This document shows, one piece after another, positions 44,397-54,193 of a stretch of DNA of 64,000 bases. Location: the NCBI GenBank assembly GCA_965204435.1, contig OZ241997.1, positions 3,076,550 through 3,140,549 of the forward strand, in the 5' to 3' direction. Under the pieces are notes generated by a model, which ran no database searches, was not told the DNA's origin, and saw only the letters and a list, made by a program, of their open reading frames with translations. This DNA comes from Bryobacterales bacterium (GTDB lineage Bacteria; Acidobacteriota; Terriglobia; Bryobacterales; UBA6623). A program made the translations under genes and the position numbers. Every line of letters starts with the position of its first letter. Position 1 is the first letter of the stretch.

Positions 44397-45515
44397 ATGG
44401 ACACGACGACCATTCGAGCGCATTTCCCTGTCACCGAGAAATACGCATATTTCAACAACGCCGCCATCGGACCGCTGTCGAGGCCGGCTGCCTTGGCGAT
44501 GCAGGGTCAGATCGAATCCGCTCTCGCGAGCGGCGTGCACGGCTACGGCGCCTGGACCGAGGAATACGCCGGGCTGCGCGTGGAGACCGCTGCCATGCTC
44601 GGCTGCTCTCCGGGCGAGGTGGCGATCACCAAAAACACCTCCGAGGGGCTGTGCGCGATCGCCAACGGGCTCGACTGGCGCAGCGGAGACATCGTGGTCG
44701 GGCTGGACAGCGACTTCCCGGCCAACTACGTGCCCTGGCGCGAATTGCAGCAGCGCCGCGGGGTGCGCTTCCGCAGCCTGGAGCTGCGCCGCGGCCTTCT
44801 GGAGCTGGAAGACTTGGACCAAGCCTGCCGCGGCGCGCGGCTGGCCGCTCTCAGCTACGTCCATTTCCTGACCGGCTTTCGCTGGGACCTAGAGGCGGTC
44901 GGGGAGATCTGCCGCCGCCGCAACTGCCTGCTCGTGCTGGACGCCGTGCAAGGCATGGGCGCATTGCCGATCGACGTCAGGGCTTGCGGCGTCCATGCGC
45001 TAGCGGCATCCGCCCACAAATGGCTGGTCGGGCCGGAAGGCTGCGGCGTGCTGTATGTCGACCGCGACCTCATGCCGCAGGTCGTGCCCGTCGAGTTTGG
45101 CTGGGCAAGCCTAGAGGGGTTCGAGGAATACCGCCACGACGGCGGCCTCCAACCGGATGCTCGCCGCTACGAATGCGGAACGTTGAACTCGGCGGGCTGC
45201 GCCGGACTGCGCGCGTCGATTGCGCTGTTGAATCGCATCGGCCCGGACTTCGCCGCGCGCCATGTCCACGCCTTGGCCGAGCAGCTGCTCTCGGGTGCGC
45301 TAGAGAAGGGCTACGAGGCTGCTGCCGAGCGGACCTACGCAAGCGGCTCGGGGATCGTGTCGTTGCGCAAGCGCGGCTTGGACTCCGCCGCGACCGTCCG
45401 AGCCCTGCTGGAGGATCAGGTGTCAGTGGCCGAGCGCATGGGCTGGATCCGCGTGGCGCCGCACGTCTACAACAGCGCGGAAGAGATTGACCGGCTGGTC
45501 CGCCTGCTGCCGTAA
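44397..45515 (+). CDS. class-V aminotransferase-fold PLP enzyme (cysteine desulfurase/selenocysteine lyase-like)
   Basis: The ATG at 44397 lies inside track ORF 44322..45515. The ORF contains YFNNAAIGPLS and the PLP-lysine region ALAASAHKWLVGPEGCG. Confidence 0.8.
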   Translation: MDTTTIRAHFPVTEKYAYFNNAAIGPLSRPAALAMQGQIESALASGVHGYGAWTEEYAGLRVETAAMLGCSPGEVAITKNTSEGLCAIANGLDWRSGDIVVGLDSDFPANYVPWRELQQRRGVRFRSLELRRGLLELEDLDQACRGARLAALSYVHFLTGFRWDLEAVGEICRRRNCLLVLDAVQGMGALPIDVRACGVHALAASAHKWLVGPEGCGVLYVDRDLMPQVVPVEFGWASLEGFEEYRHDGGLQPDARRYECGTLNSAGCAGLRASIALLNRIGPDFAARHVHALAEQLLSGALEKGYEAAAERTYASGSGIVSLRKRGLDSAATVRALLEDQVSVAERMGWIRVAPHVYNSAEEIDRLVRLLP

Positions 45516-45545
45516 CGAATCGATCGCAGTCCGCGGCTGCCCGCT

Positions 45546-47084
45546 ATGATGCTTGACGAAATGCGAACCCTCCACATCTGCGTCGCGGCTCTCGGATTGG
45601 CGACCTCCGCTCTCGCGCAGACGGCCACCTACGACGAGCCCTACCGGCCCCAATTCCACTTCTCGCCCGCCGTCAACTGGACCAACGACCCGAACGGCTT
45701 GGTCTATCACGCCGGCGAGTGGCATCTGTTCTACCAGTACAACCCCTTCGGCGATCTGTGGGGCCACATGAGCTGGGGCCACGCCGTGAGTCCGGACTTG
45801 TTCCGCTGGAAGCACCTGCCGGTGGCTCTGCCGGAAGTTGGCGAGGTCATGATCTTCTCGGGCAGCGCCGTGGTGGATCACGCCAACAGCTCCGGTTTCG
45901 GCAGCGCTGGCGAGCCGCCGATGGTGGCCATCTACACCAGCCGTACGGAAAGCGACCAAACCCAGTCCATCGCGTACAGCACCGACAAGGGGCGGACTTG
46001 GACCGACTACGAGGGCAATCCCGTGATCGACATCGACGATCCGGCCTTCCGCGACCCAAAGGTGTTCTGGCACGCCGAATCCGAGCGCTGGATCATGGCC
46101 GTCGTGCTGGCCAACCAGCGCAAGGTCCGTCTGTTCGGCTCGCCCGACTTGAAGAGCTGGGAGTTCCTCAGCGATTTCGGGCCCGAAGGGGCGCACCCGG
46201 TGCGCAACTGGGAATGCCCGGACCTGTTCGAGCTCCCGGTCGAGGGCGAGCCGGGCACTAGCAAGTGGATCCTGCAGGTCGATTCCGGGATGGGTCACCC
46301 CTGGCTGGGCTCGGGCTGCCAGTATTTCGTCGGTGAGTTTGACGGCGAGAGGTTCACCAACGACAACCCGCCGGAGACCGCCCTGTGGCTGGATTGGGGG
46401 CGCGACTTCTACGCCGCGCAGTCGTACTCCGACGTCCCGGCAGAGGACGGGCGGCGGCTGGTGATCGGCTGGATCAGCAACTGGATGTACGCGCGCGACA
46501 AGCCGACCTCCCCTTGGCGCGGCGCGCAATCCGTGGCACGGGAGCTGCGCCTGAAGCGCTTTGACAAGGGGCTCAGGATCGTCCAGCAGCCTGCTGGCGA
46601 GATTGAGAGCTTGCGGGGTGACAGCTTGAGCCTGCGCGACCTCAGCGTCGCCGCGGCGAATCGCCAGATCGAGCGCGCGGGGTTCTCCGGCGATACGCTC
46701 GAGTTGCAGCTCGTCGTCGCGGTGGGGGATGCGCGAGATGTCGGAGTGCGCCTGCTTCAGGGTGGTGACGAGCAGACTGTGGTGGGCTTCACGGCATCTC
46801 CGGCAGAGGCCTATATCGACCGCAGCAAGTCGGGCCGGGTGGATTTCCACGAGTCGTTCGCGGGTCGGCACTCAGCAAGGCTGACACCGGCGGACGGCCA
46901 CGTCCGGTTGCGGATTCTGGTTGATCGCTCCGTGGTGGAGGTGTTTGCGGGCGAGGGCGAGGTCGCGATCACGGATAGAGTCTTCCCGTCGCCGACGAGC
47001 ACGGGACTGTCGCTGTTCGAAAGGGGCGGCGAAGCACGCGTCGTCTCGCTGGACGCCTGGAAACTGAAATCGGTCTGGAGGTGA
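45546..47084 (+). CDS. glycoside hydrolase family 32 (levanase/beta-fructofuranosidase)
   Basis: 512-aa ORF with a signal peptide, the WTNDPNG nucleophile block, FRDPKVFW and WECPDLF. The start could instead be the internal MRTL five codons downstream. Confidence 0.9.
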   Translation: MMLDEMRTLHICVAALGLATSALAQTATYDEPYRPQFHFSPAVNWTNDPNGLVYHAGEWHLFYQYNPFGDLWGHMSWGHAVSPDLFRWKHLPVALPEVGEVMIFSGSAVVDHANSSGFGSAGEPPMVAIYTSRTESDQTQSIAYSTDKGRTWTDYEGNPVIDIDDPAFRDPKVFWHAESERWIMAVVLANQRKVRLFGSPDLKSWEFLSDFGPEGAHPVRNWECPDLFELPVEGEPGTSKWILQVDSGMGHPWLGSGCQYFVGEFDGERFTNDNPPETALWLDWGRDFYAAQSYSDVPAEDGRRLVIGWISNWMYARDKPTSPWRGAQSVARELRLKRFDKGLRIVQQPAGEIESLRGDSLSLRDLSVAAANRQIERAGFSGDTLELQLVVAVGDARDVGVRLLQGGDEQTVVGFTASPAEAYIDRSKSGRVDFHESFAGRHSARLTPADGHVRLRILVDRSVVEVFAGEGEVAITDRVFPSPTSTGLSLFERGGEARVVSLDAWKLKSVWR

Positions 47085-47220
47085 TCTGCCCACGGCCTCG
47101 ATACGAATGCCAAATCGCCAAGCCACGGCCAGGGGGGCTGGGTGTCTTCCGCGCAGGTCGCCCGACGTATGCCTGAAGGACTGCGCTACAGTCGGCAGCT
47201 AGGGGAGGGCGAAGACTCCG

Positions 47221-48036
47221 GTGCCAATAGACAGTGAATCGCTGCCCATGCGACTGTTCACCGCGTCGCACGGCCGCGCTTGGGATCCCGGCGAGATCGA
47301 CTTCGCCCGCGAGCGCTCCGATTGGCACAATCTCGCGGACGACGAGCGTCAGCTGCTGTTGCGGCTGGTTTCTGGCTTCCGGGTCGGCGAGCGCGGCGTG
47401 ACCCACGAGCTGGCACCCCTGCAGCTTCGGTTCCGCCGCGGTGGCTGGCTCGAGGAAGAGATCTTCGTGGCCGCACAGATGTATGAAGAAGCGCGACACG
47501 TCCAGTTCTTCGAACGCTGGCTGGTGGAGGCGCTGCCAGGCCGGTTCGGCATCGACATCCCCTATCCCGATATGGAAGGCGACATGTTCTCCATCCGCCT
47601 GCCGCGGGCCATGCAGGCGCTGCTTGGAGACGACAGCCCCGAGGCCCTGTTGCGTGCGGTCATGCTTTATCACTTCTATGTCGAGGGCGTGGGCGCTGAG
47701 GCGGGGTACACCTTGTACCACTCGATTTTCGAGCGGAGCGGCCGGTTTCCAGGCCTCGAGCGCGGCATTCGCTTGATCCAGCGCGACGAGGCACGGCACA
47801 TCTCGTTCGGCGTGTACGTGCTGCGGAGGCTGCTGTCCGAGCATGACCAGCTTGTCGACCTGTTTGAGGACGAAGTCGCGGCCCTGCGCCGGGCCGCAAG
47901 AGACGATCCCGAACAGATTCTTGCCGGCTTTGAGCCGGCGACCGTCCCGTTCGGCGTGGATCCCGCCGCCTACCGCCAGTGCTACCTAGACAGGCTCGAA
48001 GAAATGCGCCGGCGAGTGGCTGAACCCCAGCAATAG
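47221..48036 (+). CDS. ribonucleotide-reductase R2-like ferritin-fold di-iron protein (R2lox-like)
   Basis: 271-aa ORF from a GTG start with GGGGAGGG upstream. It has two ExxH metal motifs (YEEARHVQFF and RDEARHISFG). Confidence 0.7.
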   Translation: MPIDSESLPMRLFTASHGRAWDPGEIDFARERSDWHNLADDERQLLLRLVSGFRVGERGVTHELAPLQLRFRRGGWLEEEIFVAAQMYEEARHVQFFERWLVEALPGRFGIDIPYPDMEGDMFSIRLPRAMQALLGDDSPEALLRAVMLYHFYVEGVGAEAGYTLYHSIFERSGRFPGLERGIRLIQRDEARHISFGVYVLRRLLSEHDQLVDLFEDEVAALRRAARDDPEQILAGFEPATVPFGVDPAAYRQCYLDRLEEMRRRVAEPQQ

Positions 48037-48060
48037 AAGCCTCGGCGGCACAGCCTAGCA

Positions 48061-48087
48061 ACGTCCGTTCGCACTCGGGACGGACGT
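48061..48087 (+). terminator. hairpin downstream of the R2-like gene
   Basis: ACGTCCGT-tcgcactcggg-ACGGACGT forms an 8-bp perfect stem 25 nt after the stop, with no following T-tract. Confidence 0.3.
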
Positions 48088-48304
48088 GACCATTCAGTCC
48101 TCGCTTGCATCCCTCGTGCGGCGCGCGTTAGCTCGCCGCCGGTGACAGTACATTGACGACCTAGCCCGAGTTTGTCACGACCCCGCTTAAATCGCCGAAT
48201 TCCGAGCGATTTTTCGCCGAATTGACCGCATCCCCGATCTTTTCGGCCGGGTAAACCCTTTGTTCTGCACGAGTTTGCCTGGACCTGCAGGCACGCCAGC
48301 CGTT

Positions 48305-50322
48305 TGTAGTGACATAAAATTATCATATTTTCCATATGTTGCTTGTATGTTCGCCCATGCCTGCGCCATGCTGGGAACACCGTGTTCATCCGCCGCGTCC
48401 AGACCCGCCCCCGCGCCGGCTCCTCACAACCCTATGCCTCCTTCCGCCTCGTCCGCAGCATCCGCTCCGGCAACTCCGTCCGCCAGCTCACCCTGCTCAA
48501 TCTCGGCGCCCACTTTTCCGTGCCTCAACCACAGTGGCCCGCTCTCTGCGAGCTGGTCGCAGCCATCCGCTCCGGCCGCGCGCCGCTCATCGAGCCCGAC
48601 CCCGACCTGCTCCAAGCCGCCCAGCAGATTGCCGACCGCCTCAGCCTCTCCGCCTTGCCCGACACCGCCTCCGACGATCTCGCCCACGTGCACCTCGACT
48701 CTCTCGACCACCGCTTCGTGCGCTCGGTCGGCCCCGAACGGCTCGCCCTGCACGCCCTGCGCGAGCTCCGCTTTGCCGACGCCCTGCGCGAGCTCGGCGT
48801 CTCCTCCCGCGACACCCGCATCGCCTCCGCCCTCGTCCTGGCCCGCATGCTGCACCCCTCTTCCGAACGCGAGGCGCACGCTTGGCTCAGCCACCACTCC
48901 GCCGCCCTCGAACTGCTCGGCCTCGACTCCGGCGCACCCCTGTCTCTGGCCAAGCTGTACCGCATCGGCGACCTGCTCTGGCACCACCGCGAGGCCCTCG
49001 AGACCGCCCTCTTCCGGCGCGAGCGCAGCCTGCTCGAGCTGGCCCCCACGATTGCCTTCTACGATTTGACGAATGTGCACTATCACGGCCGGCCGCGGTC
49101 TGACCTGCAACACGGCCGCTCGAAGCAGAAACGCGACGACTGCCCTCTGGTCACGCTCGGGCTGACGCTGGACGCGGCCGGCTTCCCCTGCCGCAGCGAG
49201 ATCCTGCCCGGCAACGTCTGCGAACCCGCCACGCTGGCCAAGGCCATCAGCCGCTTGGGCCGGCTGCTCGGCGACGGTCCGCGCCCGACAGTGGTCATGG
49301 ACGCCGGGCTGTCGACCGCCGAGACGATCGCCTGGCTGCGCGCCCAAGGCTACGACTGGATCACGGTGCGCCGCGGTGGCGCGGACCCGCCCGCCGCGGA
49401 TCCCGAGCTGAGCTTCCGCACCCGCCACGGCACGGCCGCCAAAGCCTGGCGGCTGCGCACCCGGGACGGCGAGAGCGAGCTGTGCCTGTGGAGCGAGGAG
49501 CGCCAGGCCAAGGACGACGCGATCCTAGCCAAGCAGCGGGAACGCTTTGAGAGCGAGTTACAGGCGCTGCACGCGGGGCTGACGAAGAAGGGCTGCACGA
49601 AGCGCTACGACAAGGTGGTCGAGCGGCTGGGCCGGCTCAAGGAACGCTACAAGCGGGTTTCGGGGCAGTACGAGCTGCGCGTGGAGCGCGCCCAGGCCGC
49701 CCGCGACACCAGCGACGAGTCGGCCGGCGCGGCGGGCCGCAAGGGGCAGCGCAAACAGTCCAGGCAGCCGCCGCTGGCCGCAGCGGTGCGCTGGCAGCGC
49801 AATGACCAGCATGCGCGCAAAGACGCCCGGGCCGGCACGTACGTGCTGCGTACCAGTCACACGGACTGGGACCTGGAGCGCGTGGCGCGCACCTACTGGC
49901 AACTGACCGAAATCGAAGCCACCTTCCGCAGCCTGAAGTCGGAGATCGGCTTGCGGCCGATCTGGCACGCCAAACAGGACCGCATCCGGGCGCACCTGTT
50001 CATCGCCGTGCTGGCTTACCATGGCGTGCATTTGCTGCGGCGCCGTCTGGGTGCGCAGGGCATGCACGACAGCTGGGAAACGATCCGCCGCAAGCTGGCG
50101 AACTGGATGCGCCTGACGACCACGCTGGTGACCGCCGGCGGGGAACGCATCGAGTGCCGCCAAGACACTCGCCCCGACCAAGCAGCGGCCGCACTGGCCC
50201 GGGCGGCCGGCGTACAGCCGCAACTGCACCGCGTCCGGACCCGCACGCCGATTGAGTGAAATCGCCGCCTGTTGAAACAAAATGTAGTGACATACTGGAT
50301 GTGTGCAAAATGTTATGTCATT
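48305..50322 (+). mobile_element. IS1634-family (IS4-related) insertion sequence; ends approximate
   Basis: The element holds a single 625-aa transposase. It is flanked by AGTGACATAAAATTA (48308-48322) and its 12/15 inverted match at 50308-50322. GC content drops at both ends. No clear target duplication was seen. Confidence 0.65.
48382..50259 (+). CDS. IS1634-family DDE transposase
   Basis: Track ORF is 48343..50259. A GTG at 48382 gives the family-typical start (M)FIRRVQTRPRAGSSQPYASFRLVRSIRSGNSVRQLTLLNLG. The C-terminal part contains ...YWQLTEIEATFRSLKSEIGLRPIWH. Confidence 0.85.
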   Translation: MFIRRVQTRPRAGSSQPYASFRLVRSIRSGNSVRQLTLLNLGAHFSVPQPQWPALCELVAAIRSGRAPLIEPDPDLLQAAQQIADRLSLSALPDTASDDLAHVHLDSLDHRFVRSVGPERLALHALRELRFADALRELGVSSRDTRIASALVLARMLHPSSEREAHAWLSHHSAALELLGLDSGAPLSLAKLYRIGDLLWHHREALETALFRRERSLLELAPTIAFYDLTNVHYHGRPRSDLQHGRSKQKRDDCPLVTLGLTLDAAGFPCRSEILPGNVCEPATLAKAISRLGRLLGDGPRPTVVMDAGLSTAETIAWLRAQGYDWITVRRGGADPPAADPELSFRTRHGTAAKAWRLRTRDGESELCLWSEERQAKDDAILAKQRERFESELQALHAGLTKKGCTKRYDKVVERLGRLKERYKRVSGQYELRVERAQAARDTSDESAGAAGRKGQRKQSRQPPLAAAVRWQRNDQHARKDARAGTYVLRTSHTDWDLERVARTYWQLTEIEATFRSLKSEIGLRPIWHAKQDRIRAHLFIAVLAYHGVHLLRRRLGAQGMHDSWETIRRKLANWMRLTTTLVTAGGERIECRQDTRPDQAAAALARAAGVQPQLHRVRTRTPIE

Positions 50323-50466
50323 GGTGTGTCACGACTTATGTGTCCGCCAAAACCTAAAATGACGAACTCAGGCTAGGTTGGTTACGTAGTCAGGCGATGG
50401 GTATCGGAAGATCGGTCGCTTCAGTCATTTGTGCGCATCTGCACATATGCCGCTATGTTCTTATAC

Positions 50467-50706
50467 ATGAGAACTACTATCGACATCAACGACGCATTGC
50501 TGGCCGCAGCCAAGTCCCACGCAGCGCGCGACCAGACAACACTGAATGCGGTCGTAGAACAGGCTCTACGCGAGTTCCTGTCGAGCTCGTCTCGATCGCC
50601 CTCCGACGCTCCTATGATTCCGGTATTCCGCGGCCTGGGCGTGCAACCGGGCGTGGACCTAACTGACAATGCGGCCCTTGAGGACCTGATGAATTCAGAG
50701 TCCTGA
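50467..50706 (+). CDS. vapB: type II antitoxin VapB (MRTTIDI-type)
   Basis: The ATG at 50467 lies inside track ORF 50431..50706. The 79-aa product starts MRTTIDINDALLAAAKSHAARDQTTLNAVVEQALREFL. Confidence 0.8.
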   Translation: MRTTIDINDALLAAAKSHAARDQTTLNAVVEQALREFLSSSSRSPSDAPMIPVFRGLGVQPGVDLTDNAALEDLMNSES

Positions 50707-50707
50707 C

Positions 50708-50960
50708 GTGAACGTGTTGGTGAATGCGTTCCGGGAGGACGCAGCCCATCACGACCGCGGCCGTCCACGGCTGTGAATGGGCACTCTCGACTATGGCTTC
50801 TCGACATACCCCGGCCTGAGGTTGCTGAATCTGCTTGTCGGTGGACCATTCGGTCTCGTGAACCAACGGACGTAGGAGGTGCCAAAGCTGGCACTGAAGC
50901 GCGCCACGTTATGTGCAGGCGAATACCGCTTCTGCGGCAGGGCCCAGCACTTATCCCGGA
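50708..50960 (+). pseudogene. vapC: decayed PIN-domain toxin gene vapC
   Basis: The frame starting 2 nt after the vapB stop reads (D)VNVLVNAFREDAAHHDRGRPRL*, which is PIN N-terminus-like. It continues through TGA and TAG stops to ...LALKRATLCAGEYRF, which resembles the usual ...LA..HGATL.T.D.DF.RF C-terminus. The total length is far too short for a PIN domain. Confidence 0.45.
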
Positions 50961-51012
50961 TCCGCCCAGCCTGTCGAAAGCCGAGCGTCCGCACCCGAGG
51001 CCGGCCGGCGGC

Positions 51013-52233
51013 TCAACAGCTATGAGAACGACGCGGCGATCTTCCCGGCAGGAGTGCGATACAGCCCGCTCCTACCATTCCGATCGCGAACACCACGGCC
51101 AAGGCGGCGTCGTAGCTGCCCGCGCTGTCGTGCATCGCGCCGACAAGAAACGGGAGCGTAGCTTGCCCAACCTGACCGAACGGCCACACGATGCCCATGA
51201 CTCTTGCGAGCGAACCGGTTCCGAACAATTCAGCGGCCACCAAAGGGATCAGCATGTAGTTCGCCCCCAAGCCGAAGCCGAACGCGGCCCCGAACAGGTA
51301 GGTCATCAGCGGCTGGTCGATCAAGTAAAGCAACGGTACCGGCAGGGAGACGAGCAGGTAGGCGCAGACCATGACGAGTTTCTTGCTGAAGCGGTCTGCC
51401 AGCCAGCCCGTGATGACACGCCCTAGCAGGCTGGAAGCCAAGATCACGAACGTCGTGTCCGCGACGACCGACGCGGAGAGGTTTGCGTCACGAAAGAGCA
51501 GCTTCATGTGCTGGTTGACCGAGCCGATCGCCGCAATGCTGAGAAACGAGCCGATCGTAATCAGCCAGAACGGCCAGCGAGCCAGCAAGGCACCGAACGT
51601 GAGCGATCCTGAACTCGCTTCGCGCGACACGTCCGAAGCGGCCTCCGGGGAGAGTCCCTTGTCCGAGGGTTTGTCTCGCAGCACGAACAGCGCGACCGGC
51701 ACGACCAGCAGGATCAGGCCGCCCATAACCTGCAGCGCCGCGCGCCACCCGAAGGCTTCGATTAGAGGTCCTGCGACGAACTTCTGCGACATCGCGCCAC
51801 CGACCCCCAAGCCGAGGTAGGCCAGACCCATCGCCTTGCCGCGATTGCGGTTGAACCAGTTCGCAAGCAGAACCTGGCTAGAAATGGGGCCGGAATACAC
51901 GAATCCGACCATCACCACGCACCAACTCAAGCGGTAGAACGCCAGCGAGCCGTCCATGGACCCGAGGCAGTTGAACGCGACCGCAAAGCACGCAGCTCCG
52001 AAAATGATCAGTTTCCGCGGGCTGAAGCGATGGACAAGCAAGCCCGCGAGCGGGAGGATCAGCAAGGTCGAGTAGAAGAATCCCGAGGTCGTCTCAGCTC
52101 GGTCCCAGCCAAACTCTGCGATGTAGTGGTCGTAGAAGAACGGCATGGCGTACATCGGCATCCCCACCGTCATCGCAAGGATGAAGAAGCAGGATGCGGC
52201 GATGAACCAGCCGTAGTAGGGGCGGTTCGGCAT
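51013..52233 (-). CDS. MFS transporter
   Basis: 406-aa ORF with about 12 hydrophobic segments and a typical MFS length. Confidence 0.85.
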   Translation of the reverse strand: MPNRPYYGWFIAASCFFILAMTVGMPMYAMPFFYDHYIAEFGWDRAETTSGFFYSTLLILPLAGLLVHRFSPRKLIIFGAACFAVAFNCLGSMDGSLAFYRLSWCVVMVGFVYSGPISSQVLLANWFNRNRGKAMGLAYLGLGVGGAMSQKFVAGPLIEAFGWRAALQVMGGLILLVVPVALFVLRDKPSDKGLSPEAASDVSREASSGSLTFGALLARWPFWLITIGSFLSIAAIGSVNQHMKLLFRDANLSASVVADTTFVILASSLLGRVITGWLADRFSKKLVMVCAYLLVSLPVPLLYLIDQPLMTYLFGAAFGFGLGANYMLIPLVAAELFGTGSLARVMGIVWPFGQVGQATLPFLVGAMHDSAGSYDAALAVVFAIGMVGAGCIALLPGRSPRRSHSC

Positions 52234-52313
52234 GAAGCGATTGGAGTCTAGCTCAACCGGCCCGGATGCTCAATCGCGCGGAATTCGCGCGCCCAGGACA
52301 GAGCCTCATGTCC

Positions 52314-53888
52314 CTACTTCAATCCTTCGACCTTGAGCACGAGCGGACCCTTGAGTGAGCTCTTGCGGCCCGAAATCAGCCGTCCGGTTGGCAGCACGGC
52401 TCGGCCGCGCGAGTCCGTCAAGACCGGCACGCTGGCGCTCGTGCCCAGCAGGCCGACAGTTGCACCGTCCTGGAGATCGGCCCTCAGCAGCGATTCGACA
52501 ACGAGCGCCTCGCCGGGCTCCGACATGGCGAACACGTAGAGAGCGTTCCGATCCGCCGACCGGGTGAACCGAAGGTCGTCCGAATCGAAGGTCGCGAAGA
52601 CCGTGTCACGGCCCCTGCCCTGCGCATAAAAGTGCGGCTGGTCTCCCTGGTGGTGGACTCGCCACGGACGAGTCCCGTAGACGGCTTCCGCGTTCACTCG
52701 CAGCCACTCTCCGATCTCGCGAAGCGTCTGCTTCTGCTGATCGGGAATCGATCCGTCGGCCCTTGGGGCGATATTCAAGAGCAGCACGCCGTTCTTGCTC
52801 ACGATGTCCGTCAGCAGCGGAATCACCCAGTCCGCGCCCTTGAACTCCATGGCTTCGATGTACATCCACGGACCTGGGCTGTCGTCGGTCTGCCACACGC
52901 GTGGCAGGATCGCCTTGGCACCGCCGCGCTCATAGTCCAAGAGCGACACACGACGGGGGATCTGGTCGTTCTTCTGCGAGATGATGCCTTCGATCCCTTC
53001 GCGGTCGCAGAAGTCGTAATAGAACTCTGTCAGTTCGAACAGGGCTTGCTCGCTGAGCCAGCGCAGCCCACCGTCGAACCACAGCTGGTCCGGGCGGTAC
53101 CGGACTATGTACTCCTTGCGGACGTCCAGCCAGTATTGCTCCGCTTCCTCCTGCGTGTCGAACCTGCCATACAGCTTCGCGAATCTGGGGTCGCTGAGTT
53201 CGGAATCGAAATCGATCGGGAAGTCGCGCGGCTTGTCCGGCCGACCGCCGTAGTATTGGCCGCAGATGCTGTGCGCGTGGTGGTGGCTGGAAACGATGCG
53301 CAGCGACCGTTTCCTCAGCTCTTCGATCAGCTCCCCCGCGATGTCGCGCCCCGCGGCCGAGGTCATGGAATTCCACTCGACCAGCTCGCTGTCCCACATC
53401 GCGAAACCATCGTGGTGCATGGCGACCGGTCCCGCGTACTTCGCCCCGGCTTCCGCGATGAGGTCGGCCCACTCGCTGGGATCGAACTTCGGAATCGAGA
53501 ATCGCTCGAAGTAGTCGCTGTAGGCAGTTTGAGCCAGAGGGCCGAACTTCCTGATGTGGTGCAGATTGTAAGGATGCCCCTTGACGTACATGAACTTCGG
53601 GTACCAGCTGTTCAATCCGCCCGTGTAGCCGGAGTCCTCCATTCCAAGGTTGTAGGGTCCCCAGTGGGCATAGATTCCGAACTTCGCGTCCCGCAGCCAG
53701 TCCGGCACGTCACGGACGTAGCGATCCCACATCGCCTCCGTGATCGTGCGAGGGCTCCGCGGCGCGCGTTGCCGCCAAGCGGCTGCGTCGGCCTGAGTTT
53801 CCGCGGCGGCGCTCGCCGCGCCCCCCGCCACGGCCAAGACTGCGATCGCCCTGATCACCCGCGAGCGATTTCCCGAACCTCGTCGCAT
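52314..53888 (-). CDS. alpha-L-fucosidase (GH29)
   Basis: Track ORF is 52314..53906. The ATG at 53888 gives MRRGSGNRSRVIRAIAVLAVAGGAASAAA. GH29 blocks are present: AKFGIYAHWGPY, AGAKYAGPVAMHHDGFAMWDS, and WQTDDS..PW.Y. Confidence 0.85.
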   Translation of the reverse strand: MRRGSGNRSRVIRAIAVLAVAGGAASAAAETQADAAAWRQRAPRSPRTITEAMWDRYVRDVPDWLRDAKFGIYAHWGPYNLGMEDSGYTGGLNSWYPKFMYVKGHPYNLHHIRKFGPLAQTAYSDYFERFSIPKFDPSEWADLIAEAGAKYAGPVAMHHDGFAMWDSELVEWNSMTSAAGRDIAGELIEELRKRSLRIVSSHHHAHSICGQYYGGRPDKPRDFPIDFDSELSDPRFAKLYGRFDTQEEAEQYWLDVRKEYIVRYRPDQLWFDGGLRWLSEQALFELTEFYYDFCDREGIEGIISQKNDQIPRRVSLLDYERGGAKAILPRVWQTDDSPGPWMYIEAMEFKGADWVIPLLTDIVSKNGVLLLNIAPRADGSIPDQQKQTLREIGEWLRVNAEAVYGTRPWRVHHQGDQPHFYAQGRGRDTVFATFDSDDLRFTRSADRNALYVFAMSEPGEALVVESLLRADLQDGATVGLLGTSASVPVLTDSRGRAVLPTGRLISGRKSSLKGPLVLKVEGLK

Positions 53889-54193
53889 GCACTCTTCCGA
53901 TCCCATATGCCGCCTCTCGACTTTGGCCGGTCCCGCCCAGCCGCCAGAAACCCCGACGGTGGGTCTCCGGGCAGCGCAAGGATTTCAGGCCAGTTGTCGT
54001 CCTGCTGGTCGCCCGTCTGCTTGATCACGCTCATCGCGGTCGCGATGAGCGACGAAATATCCGCCATGTTAGCGGACAAGATCATCGTATTGTTCTCTTT
54101 CGCCAGCATCCCGGGCTTCTCGACGTAGTGCTCGGCGACGCTCAGCTGCACTGGCCGATAGCCGCCGGGAGCGTTGGTCGCTCCGGCCACCAT
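53855..54193 (-). CDS. hypothetical small protein upstream of the fucosidase gene
   Basis: This is the 3' end of the long antisense track ORF 53855..56095. Third-codon-position G+C is 17/20 at 54061-54120 in this frame but 7/20 at 54301-54360. The ATG at 54193 has GAGGGG 6 nt upstream. There is no recognisable motif, and the start could instead be GTG 54286. Confidence 0.35.
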   Translation of the reverse strand: MVAGATNAPGGYRPVQLSVAEHYVEKPGMLAKENNTMILSANMADISSLIATAMSVIKQTGDQQDDNWPEILALPGDPPSGFLAAGRDRPKSRGGIWDRKSACDEVREIARG

